DNA of 64,000 nt from Candidatus Poribacteria bacterium (GTDB taxonomy: Bacteria > Poribacteria > WGA-4E > WGA-3G), in the NCBI GenBank assembly GCA_022821065.1, contig JAJEEK010000073.1, forward strand, positions 8,575-72,574, in the 5' to 3' direction. Positions within the stretch are counted from its first letter, which is position 1, and each line of letters opens with the position of its first letter. Made by a program: the position numbers and the translations under genes. Shown here piece after piece: positions 29,028 through 37,645 of this stretch. The notes below the pieces were generated by a model. That model did not search any database. It saw nothing but the letters and a program-made list of their open reading frames with translations, and had not been told where the DNA came from.

Positions 29028-31562
29028 ATGCATTCTATGTCGCTCAAGTTTCTCCGCCTTACCATAACGATTTTGTTGATGCTTCCGTTCACTGCCTTCA
29101 CGCAGGAGCATACCTTTTTTAGACACGGCGGTAGCGTGAGGACAGTGGCATATTCTCCAGTGAATTCGGCTGTCGTCGCGAGTGCCGGGGACAGTCGGGC
29201 AGTCAGGTTATGGGATTTGCAGGATGACACTGTGACAACACTCGGTTCACACGCAGACACCGTCAACGCCGTCGCCTTTTCACCGGACGGTCAGCTGCTC
29301 GCAACTGGTGGTGATGACTATGCTTGTAAACTGTGGGATGTTTCACTTAAAAGGCGGATCGCGACCTTTGAACATATTACCAATAGAAACCGATCACAAA
29401 TTAAAGCGGTTGACTTTTCCGCTAATGGACAGCTGCTGGCTACCGCTGGAGTCGATGTAAAATTGTGGAACGTCCAGACCCGGGCGGAAATAGGCACGCT
29501 TGAACACGGTAATTGGGTACTGGCAATCGCCTTCTCACCGGATGGACAATTTCTTGCTACAGGGGACCAAAACGGACAGGTTAATGTCTGGGACGTTCAA
29601 AGGCAACAGCTTGTTGCACAATTCACAGGCGACACCTCGGCAGTCTACACGGTTAAATTTTCTCCGGATGGTAAAGTTCTCGCTGGTGCGGGGTACACTG
29701 GAGAAATTGGGTTGTGGAAAGTAGAGAATTGGGAGCGTCTCGGCACGCTCTCTGTGAGCGCGACCGTTTCCGCGATAGACTTTTCACCCGATAGCACCAC
29801 ACTCGCCAGTACAGGTTACGAATCTGTGAACCTCTGGACAGTTAGCAACGGTGAAAGGATTGCCTCACTTACAGGACATATAGGGTGGGCTAATGCGGTA
29901 GCCTTTTCATCGGATGGAGAGACACTCATCAGTGGCGGTAATGACGAGATGCTCCGTCTCTGGAATGTCACCCCCTACGCTTCCCCAACGCAAGAAATCG
30001 TGCGGGTGATCTATTTCCTCCCACGCGGTCGCAGTCTGCAACCGGATATGTGGACAAAACTGGATAGGCTGATAAGAGACGTACAAAACTTCTATGCAGA
30101 TGAGATGGAACGCAACGGGTTCGGCAGAAAAACCTTTACCTTTGAAACCGATGAAGATGGTGAAACGCTCGTCTATCGCGTTGATGGACAGTCCAACGAT
30201 TGGCATTATCACACACAGACGCAAGAGAAAGTCTATGCCGAAGTCGCCTCTCAGTTTGACATGACAAAGCACGTCTATCTCATTGTTGTAGACATTAGCA
30301 GTGAATCCATTGAACATGAAGATATATGTGGCGTAGGTGGCGGAAATTGGTTTGAAAATGAGGAACTGATACGGAGCGGTGGCGGATATGCCATCGTCCC
30401 TGCGTCCGGTCGATGTTTTGATGCTGAAACTGGCACGGTCGTGACGGCGCATGAACTCGGACACGCCTTCGGATTGGAACACGATTTTCGAGACGATACC
30501 TATATTATGTCCTACGGTGCAGCACCTGACAGGTTGTCTAAATGTGCTGCAGGTTGGTTGGATGCAAATCGCTTGTTTAACACCGACCAAACTGCTTTCA
30601 ATGAGCTGACACTGCTACAGATGCTCACACCAACCGCTTACGCACCGAACGCTGAGGATTTTAGCCTCCAATTTGCTATAGCAGATATAGACGGTATCCA
30701 CCAAATCCAATTGCTCGTTCCGACGACCTCCGAAGACCCCGCAGAGGGTATCAAGCTGCACAGTTGTATGGACGGACATGCACAGAACAGCACCTTCAAA
30801 TTTGAAACACCGACACTAACCGAATACCGAGAAAACACTGTGGCACTTCAAGTCATTGATGTGTACGGTAATATCACGCGGCAGGAATATACGCTCACGG
30901 CAGATGATACACTGATTGTCGAAAACATCGAAAACCCGATAGATGTCAACGGCGACGGAACGGTTAGTGTTGACGATCTAACGTTAGTTATAGAAAGTTT
31001 CGGCGAAACGATTCCAAAGGATGCCGATCCGAACCCCGATGTCAATCGAGATGGCGTTGTCGACATTATAGATGTCTTCTTGGTTTTTGAACAGTTGGAC
31101 AACGTGCCAACAGCACCCGCACTGCACACGCTCACAGCTGCAGACCTCCGAACTTGGATCAACCAAGCCAAGTACCTTGATATCTCAGATGATGCTCCGC
31201 AACTCCGCGCTGATACCGTGGAAAAGGGGATTGCTATCCTTGAACATCTCCTTGCAACACTGGTGCCGGTAGAGACACTACTCCTCCCGAATTACCCGAA
31301 CCCGTTCAATCCGGAGACATGGATTCCCTATCAACTCGCTGAAGCAGCGGATGTGACGCTATACATTTATTCTATGAACGGCGTTTTGGTGCGGATATTG
31401 AGATTGGGGCATCAGTCAGAGGGAATGTATCGAAATCGAAATCGTGCAGCGTACTGGAACGGCAAAAATGAACACGGCGAACCTGTGGCAAGTGGGGTCT
31501 ATGTCTATACGCTAACGGCAGGAGATTTTACAGCGACACGCAAGATGTTGATACGAAAGTAG
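29028..31562 (+). CDS. Secreted WD40 + zinc metallopeptidase + dockerin + FlgD-like tail protein
   Basis: About 7 WD40 repeats; HELGHAFGLEH; DVNGDG/DVNRDG; LLPNYPNPFNPETWIPYQLA...ATRKMLIRK. Confidence 0.85.
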   Translation: MHSMSLKFLRLTITILLMLPFTAFTQEHTFFRHGGSVRTVAYSPVNSAVVASAGDSRAVRLWDLQDDTVTTLGSHADTVNAVAFSPDGQLLATGGDDYACKLWDVSLKRRIATFEHITNRNRSQIKAVDFSANGQLLATAGVDVKLWNVQTRAEIGTLEHGNWVLAIAFSPDGQFLATGDQNGQVNVWDVQRQQLVAQFTGDTSAVYTVKFSPDGKVLAGAGYTGEIGLWKVENWERLGTLSVSATVSAIDFSPDSTTLASTGYESVNLWTVSNGERIASLTGHIGWANAVAFSSDGETLISGGNDEMLRLWNVTPYASPTQEIVRVIYFLPRGRSLQPDMWTKLDRLIRDVQNFYADEMERNGFGRKTFTFETDEDGETLVYRVDGQSNDWHYHTQTQEKVYAEVASQFDMTKHVYLIVVDISSESIEHEDICGVGGGNWFENEELIRSGGGYAIVPASGRCFDAETGTVVTAHELGHAFGLEHDFRDDTYIMSYGAAPDRLSKCAAGWLDANRLFNTDQTAFNELTLLQMLTPTAYAPNAEDFSLQFAIADIDGIHQIQLLVPTTSEDPAEGIKLHSCMDGHAQNSTFKFETPTLTEYRENTVALQVIDVYGNITRQEYTLTADDTLIVENIENPIDVNGDGTVSVDDLTLVIESFGETIPKDADPNPDVNRDGVVDIIDVFLVFEQLDNVPTAPALHTLTAADLRTWINQAKYLDISDDAPQLRADTVEKGIAILEHLLATLVPVETLLLPNYPNPFNPETWIPYQLAEAADVTLYIYSMNGVLVRILRLGHQSEGMYRNRNRAAYWNGKNEHGEPVASGVYVYTLTAGDFTATRKMLIRK

Positions 31563-31698
31563 AACGCATCCAACAAAAACGCGAACCCAAATCGATTTTA
31601 CAACTGACACCTTGATTGGAAAAATAGAGGCTTGTGGTGTAAAAATATGCAGAAAATTTTCTGAATTCTGAAAAAACGCATTTTTTTGAAAATTTAAT

Positions 31699-31727
31699 TT
31701 GACAAAACCCTCTTCAGAGAGTATAAT
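31699..31727 (+). promoter_or_regulatory. Consensus sigma70 promoter
   Basis: TTGACA-17-TATAAT. Confidence 0.8.
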
Positions 31728-31740
31728 TAGTCTCGTAAGT

Positions 31741-31780
31741 TATCGATTAATATCGGTAAATATCGGTAAATATCGTAAGT
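31741..31780 (+). repeat. Four TATCG units at 10-bp period (putative operator array)
   Basis: TATCGATTAA TATCGGTAAA TATCGGTAAA TATCGTAAGT. Confidence 0.7.
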
Positions 31781-32044
31781 CGTTGAACGCGACTATTTAC
31801 ACATTTCGATGAATACTGCTAACTTTTGTGAAAGGTTAATGAATAGAATGGCGGTCATGAGGAGCAGATTTTTGGATCCTTTAAAAAGAAATCGCTTGGA
31901 TGCGACGATAGATGTTCGGGTATCCGTGCTGTGCGGTATGCCTGATGCTACTGCATTGCCACCCCTGGTCCCCCTCCCCCCCCCCGCGCTTTGCAACCGT
32001 TAAGTGTTTTCTCGAGATTGCTCCGGTTCCGGAGAACTTACCTT

Positions 32045-32093
32045 CCCGCGTGTTGCCTTTGTCAGCGACAAAGCATTGCATAGCGGGTTTTTT
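32045..32093 (+). terminator. Intrinsic terminator
   Basis: CCCGC..CTTTGTC-AGC-GACAAAG..GCGGG followed by T6. Confidence 0.7.
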
Positions 32094-32149
32094 GTGTTGC
32101 ATCGTAGACGATCCACTAAGCGTGTTCCGTAACGTTGCGACTTTTTTCT

Positions 32150-32178
32150 TTGACAACAACACTGGAATGTGCTACACT
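32150..32178 (+). promoter_or_regulatory. sigma70 promoter (extended -10)
   Basis: TTGACA-17-TACACT with TGn. Confidence 0.65.
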
Positions 32179-32475
32179 TACGCATATCTCCTATTGTTGT
32201 TGTCATGAATTTGTAAATGGCAGCCTCTTCTATTTTGAGGTGCGCCGAGGGTGCGGACACACCCATCGACGCGGCACTGCCATACCAATACTATGACAGC
32301 GCTAACCTAATTGTAACACATAATGGATGCATTTTGTAAAACTTTTAGGTTAGCACCTTATATCAGAACACAGAGGATTGCCTGACACCTTCCTTTTCCT
32401 TGTTGCGTTCCGGCAATACCCCAATCAGTTGTGTAAAACATCAAACGGTTTTCAAATCCTAAAGGAGCATATCAG

Positions 32476-33189
32476 ATGCTTACGAAAAAGTTTTACATTC
32501 CGATCGGTGCGTTAATCATCGCGCTCGTTGCGATAGCGTTTTTTGCGTTGCGTTCAGAAGAACCAAGCGAACCGATTGTAATTTACAAGACGGTTACACC
32601 GGTAAAGCGTTCCGTAACACCGACAACGCAAGCGCGTACAGTTCCCGCGTCAATGGCGATAGAGGAGACCACAGAGAAAACAACTGTATCAACTTCCGAA
32701 ACCTCTATATCCACTTCGGAATTTACGAGATCAGAACTACTGGCGAGGTTTCCGCAATATGATTTCCATAGTCCAGAAAGCAAGGAAAACCTTCACGCGA
32801 TTTTAAGAAATGAGAAAATCCTTGCGGAACTCCGAGCGGGTAATGCGGAGTTGGAGCGTAAGATTGCGATACGCGAAGCACAAAAGGAATTAGTCTCTTA
32901 CCTTCAAATCGAGAAGTCTCGACTGGATAGAGATTATCCAGATTTTATGTTGTTCATTGAGAAATATCCGAACCCAGAGAGAGATGATTTTATTCGAGAA
33001 TACCCGGATGCATCGGAGCGTGAAGTGTTTAAGAACCGTGTTTTAGAAGCAGGTCGTATTATCTCCGAAGCAGCGGATCGTATCCTTGAAACCCCTGGTA
33101 TGCGTGAAGAATTGGATCGGGCGTTTCTTGCTGAATTAGAACGCTTTTCCTCTCTCGGTGAGCGGATAGGGGGCTTGTTAGATGACTAA
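32476..33189 (+). CDS. Hypothetical protein with N-terminal membrane anchor
   Basis: AAGGAG RBS; hydrophobic N-terminus; Thr/Ser linker; helical C-terminal part. Confidence 0.75.
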   Translation: MLTKKFYIPIGALIIALVAIAFFALRSEEPSEPIVIYKTVTPVKRSVTPTTQARTVPASMAIEETTEKTTVSTSETSISTSEFTRSELLARFPQYDFHSPESKENLHAILRNEKILAELRAGNAELERKIAIREAQKELVSYLQIEKSRLDRDYPDFMLFIEKYPNPERDDFIREYPDASEREVFKNRVLEAGRIISEAADRILETPGMREELDRAFLAELERFSSLGERIGGLLDD

Positions 33190-33844
33190 ATACACAAGTT
33201 TCCTATTGCTATTGATTTTTATATTTTCGAGTTTATTCTTTCTTTCTGTTCCGCAAATCGTTTATGGTCACGCTGGTGAAGGTTCTCACGAGCATCCTCA
33301 TCCGCCATTACAGAATTGCATGACTTGTGGTAAGCCCGATGTTCCTGGTCAACACTTCTGTGAAGAAGCAGAACGTGAGAAACAAGAAACACAGGTACAG
33401 ATCAGCAACGAACGCGCGAATCGCAAACGGCTTGAAGAAAAGTATAACGATGACAAAGATAAAAGTGCTGGCGATCTCGTAGTGGAAATATGGGTCAGTG
33501 GTTACGAGACCGGCGAGCAAGCCGTTATTAAGGTTCTGGAATGGGTTACAAATAAGGAAGGTTCAGTAGAGTGTCAAGGTTGTGACGACTGGGTCTCCGA
33601 AGAACTGGAACATTGGGGAACAGGCAATTGCGCGATTGGACACGAATATTGGACGTGTCGACGTGGTGAAAACGAAGCACATGCGGGTTGCTACTGGGTA
33701 GACGAACCCGAAACCAACCCTGATAGTATGTACGAAGGTGCTAAATACTCGATTACCTGTAGTCAATGTAGTAACACTTCATACACCAACAATGAAAGCG
33801 AGTATGAGGCTTGGCAGGAAGGTTTCTGTTGCGATGGCTATTAG
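33182..33844 (+). CDS. Secreted Cys/His-rich hypothetical protein
   Basis: Signal peptide; CMTC, CQGC, CSQC, terminal CC; overlaps upstream stop. Confidence 0.75.
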   Translation: MTKYTSFLLLLIFIFSSLFFLSVPQIVYGHAGEGSHEHPHPPLQNCMTCGKPDVPGQHFCEEAEREKQETQVQISNERANRKRLEEKYNDDKDKSAGDLVVEIWVSGYETGEQAVIKVLEWVTNKEGSVECQGCDDWVSEELEHWGTGNCAIGHEYWTCRRGENEAHAGCYWVDEPETNPDSMYEGAKYSITCSQCSNTSYTNNESEYEAWQEGFCCDGY

Positions 33845-34104
33845 TTTAAGACACTGGAGGTTTCCTACAGGAAAGATAATCGGTAGGTTTCCATCTTGAA
33901 AACAGATTTGCGGGCGTTGATTTTCAGCGTCCGCTTTTTTTTTTCCATCTACCAGGCTCCGACTTTTGCGTGTAACTCCGTTGCTTTTTCAGCACGCCCA
34001 TATCTCTTGGGTGTTTCTTGTCGCTCGCGATCTTGTGAAAAAACGTTAACATCTGCGGATGAAAACAAAAATTAAAACCGAAAACTAAATAGTCCTGTGA
34101 GACG

Positions 34105-34184
34105 CGGAAATCGCGCTTGACATTATACCGCCGTAGTGTCATACTTAACCTTGTAAAATTGATTCTGTTTTTGAAAGTATGTGG
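34105..34184 (+). promoter_or_regulatory. Duplicated promoter block, copy 1
   Basis: TTGACA-17-CATACT within an ~80-bp direct repeat of 35823-35902. Confidence 0.75.
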
Positions 34185-34258
34185 CCAGATCCGAGAACGA
34201 AGAAAACGCTTGAGATTTTCTTGGAGGAAAGAGCCGCTGAAAACGGAAGGTGAACACC

Positions 34259-34759
34259 ATGAAAACTTTGAAGACGTTACTCGTTCTTTTTCTCTTTGTC
34301 ACCGCGATCTCGGGTTGCAGTGTGAAGCAGGTCAATGAGCCTCACGAAAATCAACCGCTTCCAAACACAGCAGATGTCCGTGATAAACAGGCGGCCCCTA
34401 AAGCAGATTTCATCCCCGGGTTCCATCCGTTTAAAGATGACCCAGACAATCCGAGTCCGCATAACCCCTTCATCCGGAAGTACGGGGATATCCCAGAAGT
34501 CCGCACCTATATCCGACTCAAGCAAAAACTTGCATACGGACACGGACTGAACATTGATGAGGCAATAGAACTCTATACCGCAGAATACCACCTCTATCCC
34601 TCAGATGCCACAAAAGCAAACTTAAAAAAGTGGAAAAAGGACAAAGAGCGATACATAAGACTGGGGGTCGATATGGGTGGACCTGTACTCTTCGACAGCA
34701 GGGATGCCATCGAAGATCCGAATGCTAAAGAGCAGGTAGACACGACATCGGGGGATTAA
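34259..34759 (+). CDS. Hypothetical lipoprotein
   Basis: ISGC lipobox; KYGDIPEVRTY motif. Confidence 0.7.
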   Translation: MKTLKTLLVLFLFVTAISGCSVKQVNEPHENQPLPNTADVRDKQAAPKADFIPGFHPFKDDPDNPSPHNPFIRKYGDIPEVRTYIRLKQKLAYGHGLNIDEAIELYTAEYHLYPSDATKANLKKWKKDKERYIRLGVDMGGPVLFDSRDAIEDPNAKEQVDTTSGD

Positions 34760-34828
34760 TTCCGTCGACTAAGTTCTATTGATATTTTCGCGCGGTTGCA
34801 TCTCATACGGATGTGTCTGGAATGCAAC

Positions 34829-35145
34829 CCATAGGTGTCAATTTAGAGCGATGGGATTTTTGTAGGTTGGGTTGAACGGCACTAAAAATCAAAAGTTAGT
34901 ACCCGAAAGAACATCAACACAAACATAGCAGTATATTCGCACAGAAACAGAGTGAAACCCAACGTTTTCTGAGCTGAGATTATGGAAGCGGGCTGGTAGG
35001 TTGCGTTGGGTTTCGCTCCTTCCGTGATTGATATGATCGGTTAGTGTGTCAAAATGTGCTTGGTTTATCCGGATCGTCTTCTCGGTTCCGCTCAACCCAA
35101 CCTACGATACGACGAGGTTTATTCTCCTTAAATTGACACTTATGG
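34829..35145. mobile_element. Composite element: outer IR element containing a family D REPIN (34862-35105)
   Basis: Outer IR CCATAGGTGTCAATTTA/TAAATTGACACTTATGG; flanking 21/22 direct repeat GGATGTGTCTGG(A/G)ATGCAACCC. Confidence 0.7.
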
Positions 35146-35196
35146 ATGTGTCTGGGATGCAACCCTATCCCCACATCAGCAGAAGGAGGGCCTTTA

Positions 35197-35685
35197 ATGG
35201 ATCCTAAAAAAACGCTGACCAGACCCGAAAAGACGGTGGAGGCAGCAGAGAAAGAGAAACAAGCATCCGCAGAGGCACAGGCAGTGGAACCAACCCTGCA
35301 GGATGTTGACGATATGCTCAGCGTAGCCGAGGCGGCCCCCGAAAAGTTGGAAGCAGCTGGAAAAGAAACAGGGGTAGACTATAATTTTGAAGTGGAGAAC
35401 GCGGCTCTCATGAAAACGGGATTAAAAATTTTGACAGGGAAACCCGTTTCGGAGGAAGAGGACTCAGACTTCAGAGAGCAGGCACTGCCCCTAAAGGAAG
35501 TTATCGGCGAATCACTCCGCAAGGAGAACGCCGAAAAAACACCCGAAGAGCGCGCGAAGACTGCTAAAAGAATTAGAAAGGTGCTGGGGCCTTTTCTTTC
35601 TAATAAATTCATGGAAAGAATATTAGTAGAACTCAATGTCGTTGACCCCGAGGCACCGTCTGAACCCGATAAGGAAAACGCGTAA
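35197..35685 (+). CDS. Hypothetical acidic protein
   Basis: AAGGAGG RBS; open frame; Glu/Ala-rich. Confidence 0.6.
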   Translation: MDPKKTLTRPEKTVEAAEKEKQASAEAQAVEPTLQDVDDMLSVAEAAPEKLEAAGKETGVDYNFEVENAALMKTGLKILTGKPVSEEEDSDFREQALPLKEVIGESLRKENAEKTPEERAKTAKRIRKVLGPFLSNKFMERILVELNVVDPEAPSEPDKENA

Positions 35686-35822
35686 CCACGCCGTGTTTGG
35701 ACGGATGAAACGCCTCCCTTTCAAACGCATCGGTACGGGTCTGATCTGCTTCGGTCTCCTCTCCTTCACCTTCTGGATCCGTATCCAAAATGAACCCCCT
35801 CAAACAATTACACACCCCCATA

Positions 35823-35902
35823 CGGAAATTACGTTTGACATTATACCGCCGTAGTGTTATACTTAACTTTGTAAAATTGATTCTGTTTTGAAAGGATGTT
35901 GG
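35823..35902 (+). promoter_or_regulatory. Duplicated promoter block, copy 2
   Basis: TTGACA-17-TATACT upstream of the SDR gene. Confidence 0.75.
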
Positions 35903-35931
35903 GCATTATTGCAAGCCCACATTGAAACATA

Positions 35932-36723
35932 ATGAACCTCGGACTCACGGATAAAGTTGCAGTTGTAGGTGCTTCAAGCAAAGGTCTCGGACGCGCAATC
36001 GCTCTCGGTTTAGCACAAGAGGGCGCGAAAGTCACCATCTGCGCAAGAGACAGCGAAACACTAAAAGCGACAGCGGACGACATTCGTAAACAGACCGGCA
36101 CTGAGGTGTTAGCCGTGCCGACGGATGTTAGTCAACCAGATCAAGTTGAAAACCTTATTAGCACAGCGATTGACCATTTTGGCGGCATTGACATTTTAGT
36201 TAACAATGCAGGCGGCCCCAGAGCGGGACGGTTTGATGACCTCGCGGCACAGGATTACCAAGACGCGGTCCACCTGAACCTGATGAGTACAATCAACCTC
36301 TGCCGTGGTGTTGTGCCGTCAATGCGTTCACGCGGCGGTGGACGGATTATCAATCTTACCTCTGTCTCTGTTAAACAACCCGTCGATAACCTGATGTTAT
36401 CAAATATGGCGCGTACGGGTGTGATCGGCTTCGCGAAAACACTCGCAACGGAGTTGGCACCGGACAAAATTTTGGTCAACAACGTCTGTCCGGGTATCAT
36501 CTTCACCGACCGTATCCAGCAGTTAGCGACGGTACGTGCCGAAGAAGCTGGCATCACCTTTGATGAGGCACTCGAAAAGATGACAGCAGATATCCCACTC
36601 GGCAGAATCGGTGACCCAGATGAATTTGCGACCTTAGTTGTATTCCTCGCCTCGGAACGCGCAAGCTACATAACAGGAACGACTATTCAAGTAGACGGCG
36701 GCATGGTCAGATCATTGCTCTAA
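35932..36723 (+). CDS. SDR family oxidoreductase (3-oxoacyl-ACP reductase-like)
   Basis: GASSKGLG, ILVNNAGGP, ASYITG..IQVDGG. Confidence 0.9.
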   Translation: MNLGLTDKVAVVGASSKGLGRAIALGLAQEGAKVTICARDSETLKATADDIRKQTGTEVLAVPTDVSQPDQVENLISTAIDHFGGIDILVNNAGGPRAGRFDDLAAQDYQDAVHLNLMSTINLCRGVVPSMRSRGGGRIINLTSVSVKQPVDNLMLSNMARTGVIGFAKTLATELAPDKILVNNVCPGIIFTDRIQQLATVRAEEAGITFDEALEKMTADIPLGRIGDPDEFATLVVFLASERASYITGTTIQVDGGMVRSLL

Positions 36724-36750
36724 TGTGCTTGGACGGAGGTGTGATGAACG

Positions 36751-37467
36751 ATGCTGGTATCTGTAATCATTCCTGCGTTCAACGAAGAGCAAACGATCGG
36801 GCAGGTCATTGAGGCTGTGCATTCAGTGCCGATCGAAAAACAGATCATCGTCGTCAACGACGGTTCCACTGACGGAACTTATGAGGTACTTGAGGAACTA
36901 CAGGCAGTTCATACGCTAACGGTCGTCCATTGTCAAGAGAATAGCGGCAAAGGGTTCGCGATTCGGCAAGGACTACCGCAGGTAAAAGGAGAGACAGTCG
37001 TTATTCAGGATGCAGACATGGAATTGTCCCCAACAGACCTCGTGGACCTTCTGAAACCGTTTGAGCGGGATGATGTTCAAGTCGTTTACGGGTCGAGGTT
37101 TCTGAACGGGCGCGGAAATGCAAGTCTTCATAATTTTATTGCGAATCGTCTCCTCGCGACCTATACGAACCTCCTTTACGGCTGCCGTATCACCGATGAA
37201 TCTACCGGTTACAAAGCCTTTTCTACAGAACTGATAACACGACTGAACTTGACGTGTGAAGGCTTTGAATTCTGTCCGGAAGTGACGGCTAAAATCTTAC
37301 GTGCCGGGTATCGTATCCATGAGGTGCCCGTCTCCTACTTTCCGCGGACAAAGAAGGAGGGTAAGAAACTCCGATTCTGGTCGGACGGGTTATTTGCCGC
37401 GTGGACACTCTTAAAATATCGATTCGTTTCAAAAACAGAACTTTTCAAAAGTACGGCGCACGATTAA
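36751..37467 (+). CDS. Glycosyltransferase family 2 (DPM1-like)
   Basis: SVIIPAFNE, NDGSTDGT, IQDADME, VYGSRF. Confidence 0.9.
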   Translation: MLVSVIIPAFNEEQTIGQVIEAVHSVPIEKQIIVVNDGSTDGTYEVLEELQAVHTLTVVHCQENSGKGFAIRQGLPQVKGETVVIQDADMELSPTDLVDLLKPFERDDVQVVYGSRFLNGRGNASLHNFIANRLLATYTNLLYGCRITDESTGYKAFSTELITRLNLTCEGFEFCPEVTAKILRAGYRIHEVPVSYFPRTKKEGKKLRFWSDGLFAAWTLLKYRFVSKTELFKSTAHD

Positions 37468-37490
37468 TGACAGCACAACTTAACAATACA

Positions 37491-37609
37491 AGGACTTAGG
37501 CATGCTGCTCTTTTGTACCACAAACTGTTAGTTTGTGACATAAGAACGCTGTGTTTTCAGAAAAATTTCATCTAACAGAACCACCTACTGTCAAGAGTGC
37601 ATAAGTCCT
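37491..37609. mobile_element. Family A MITE (119 bp)
   Basis: AGGACTTAGGCA...TGCATAAGTCCT. Confidence 0.82.
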
Positions 37610-37645
37610 GAATACAATAGTAAATCCAAGAGATCAGTGAGATTT

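Noticed and set aside
31741-31780. Short direct repeats as a possible CRISPR array
   Set aside because: 10-bp period, no unique spacers, no cas genes
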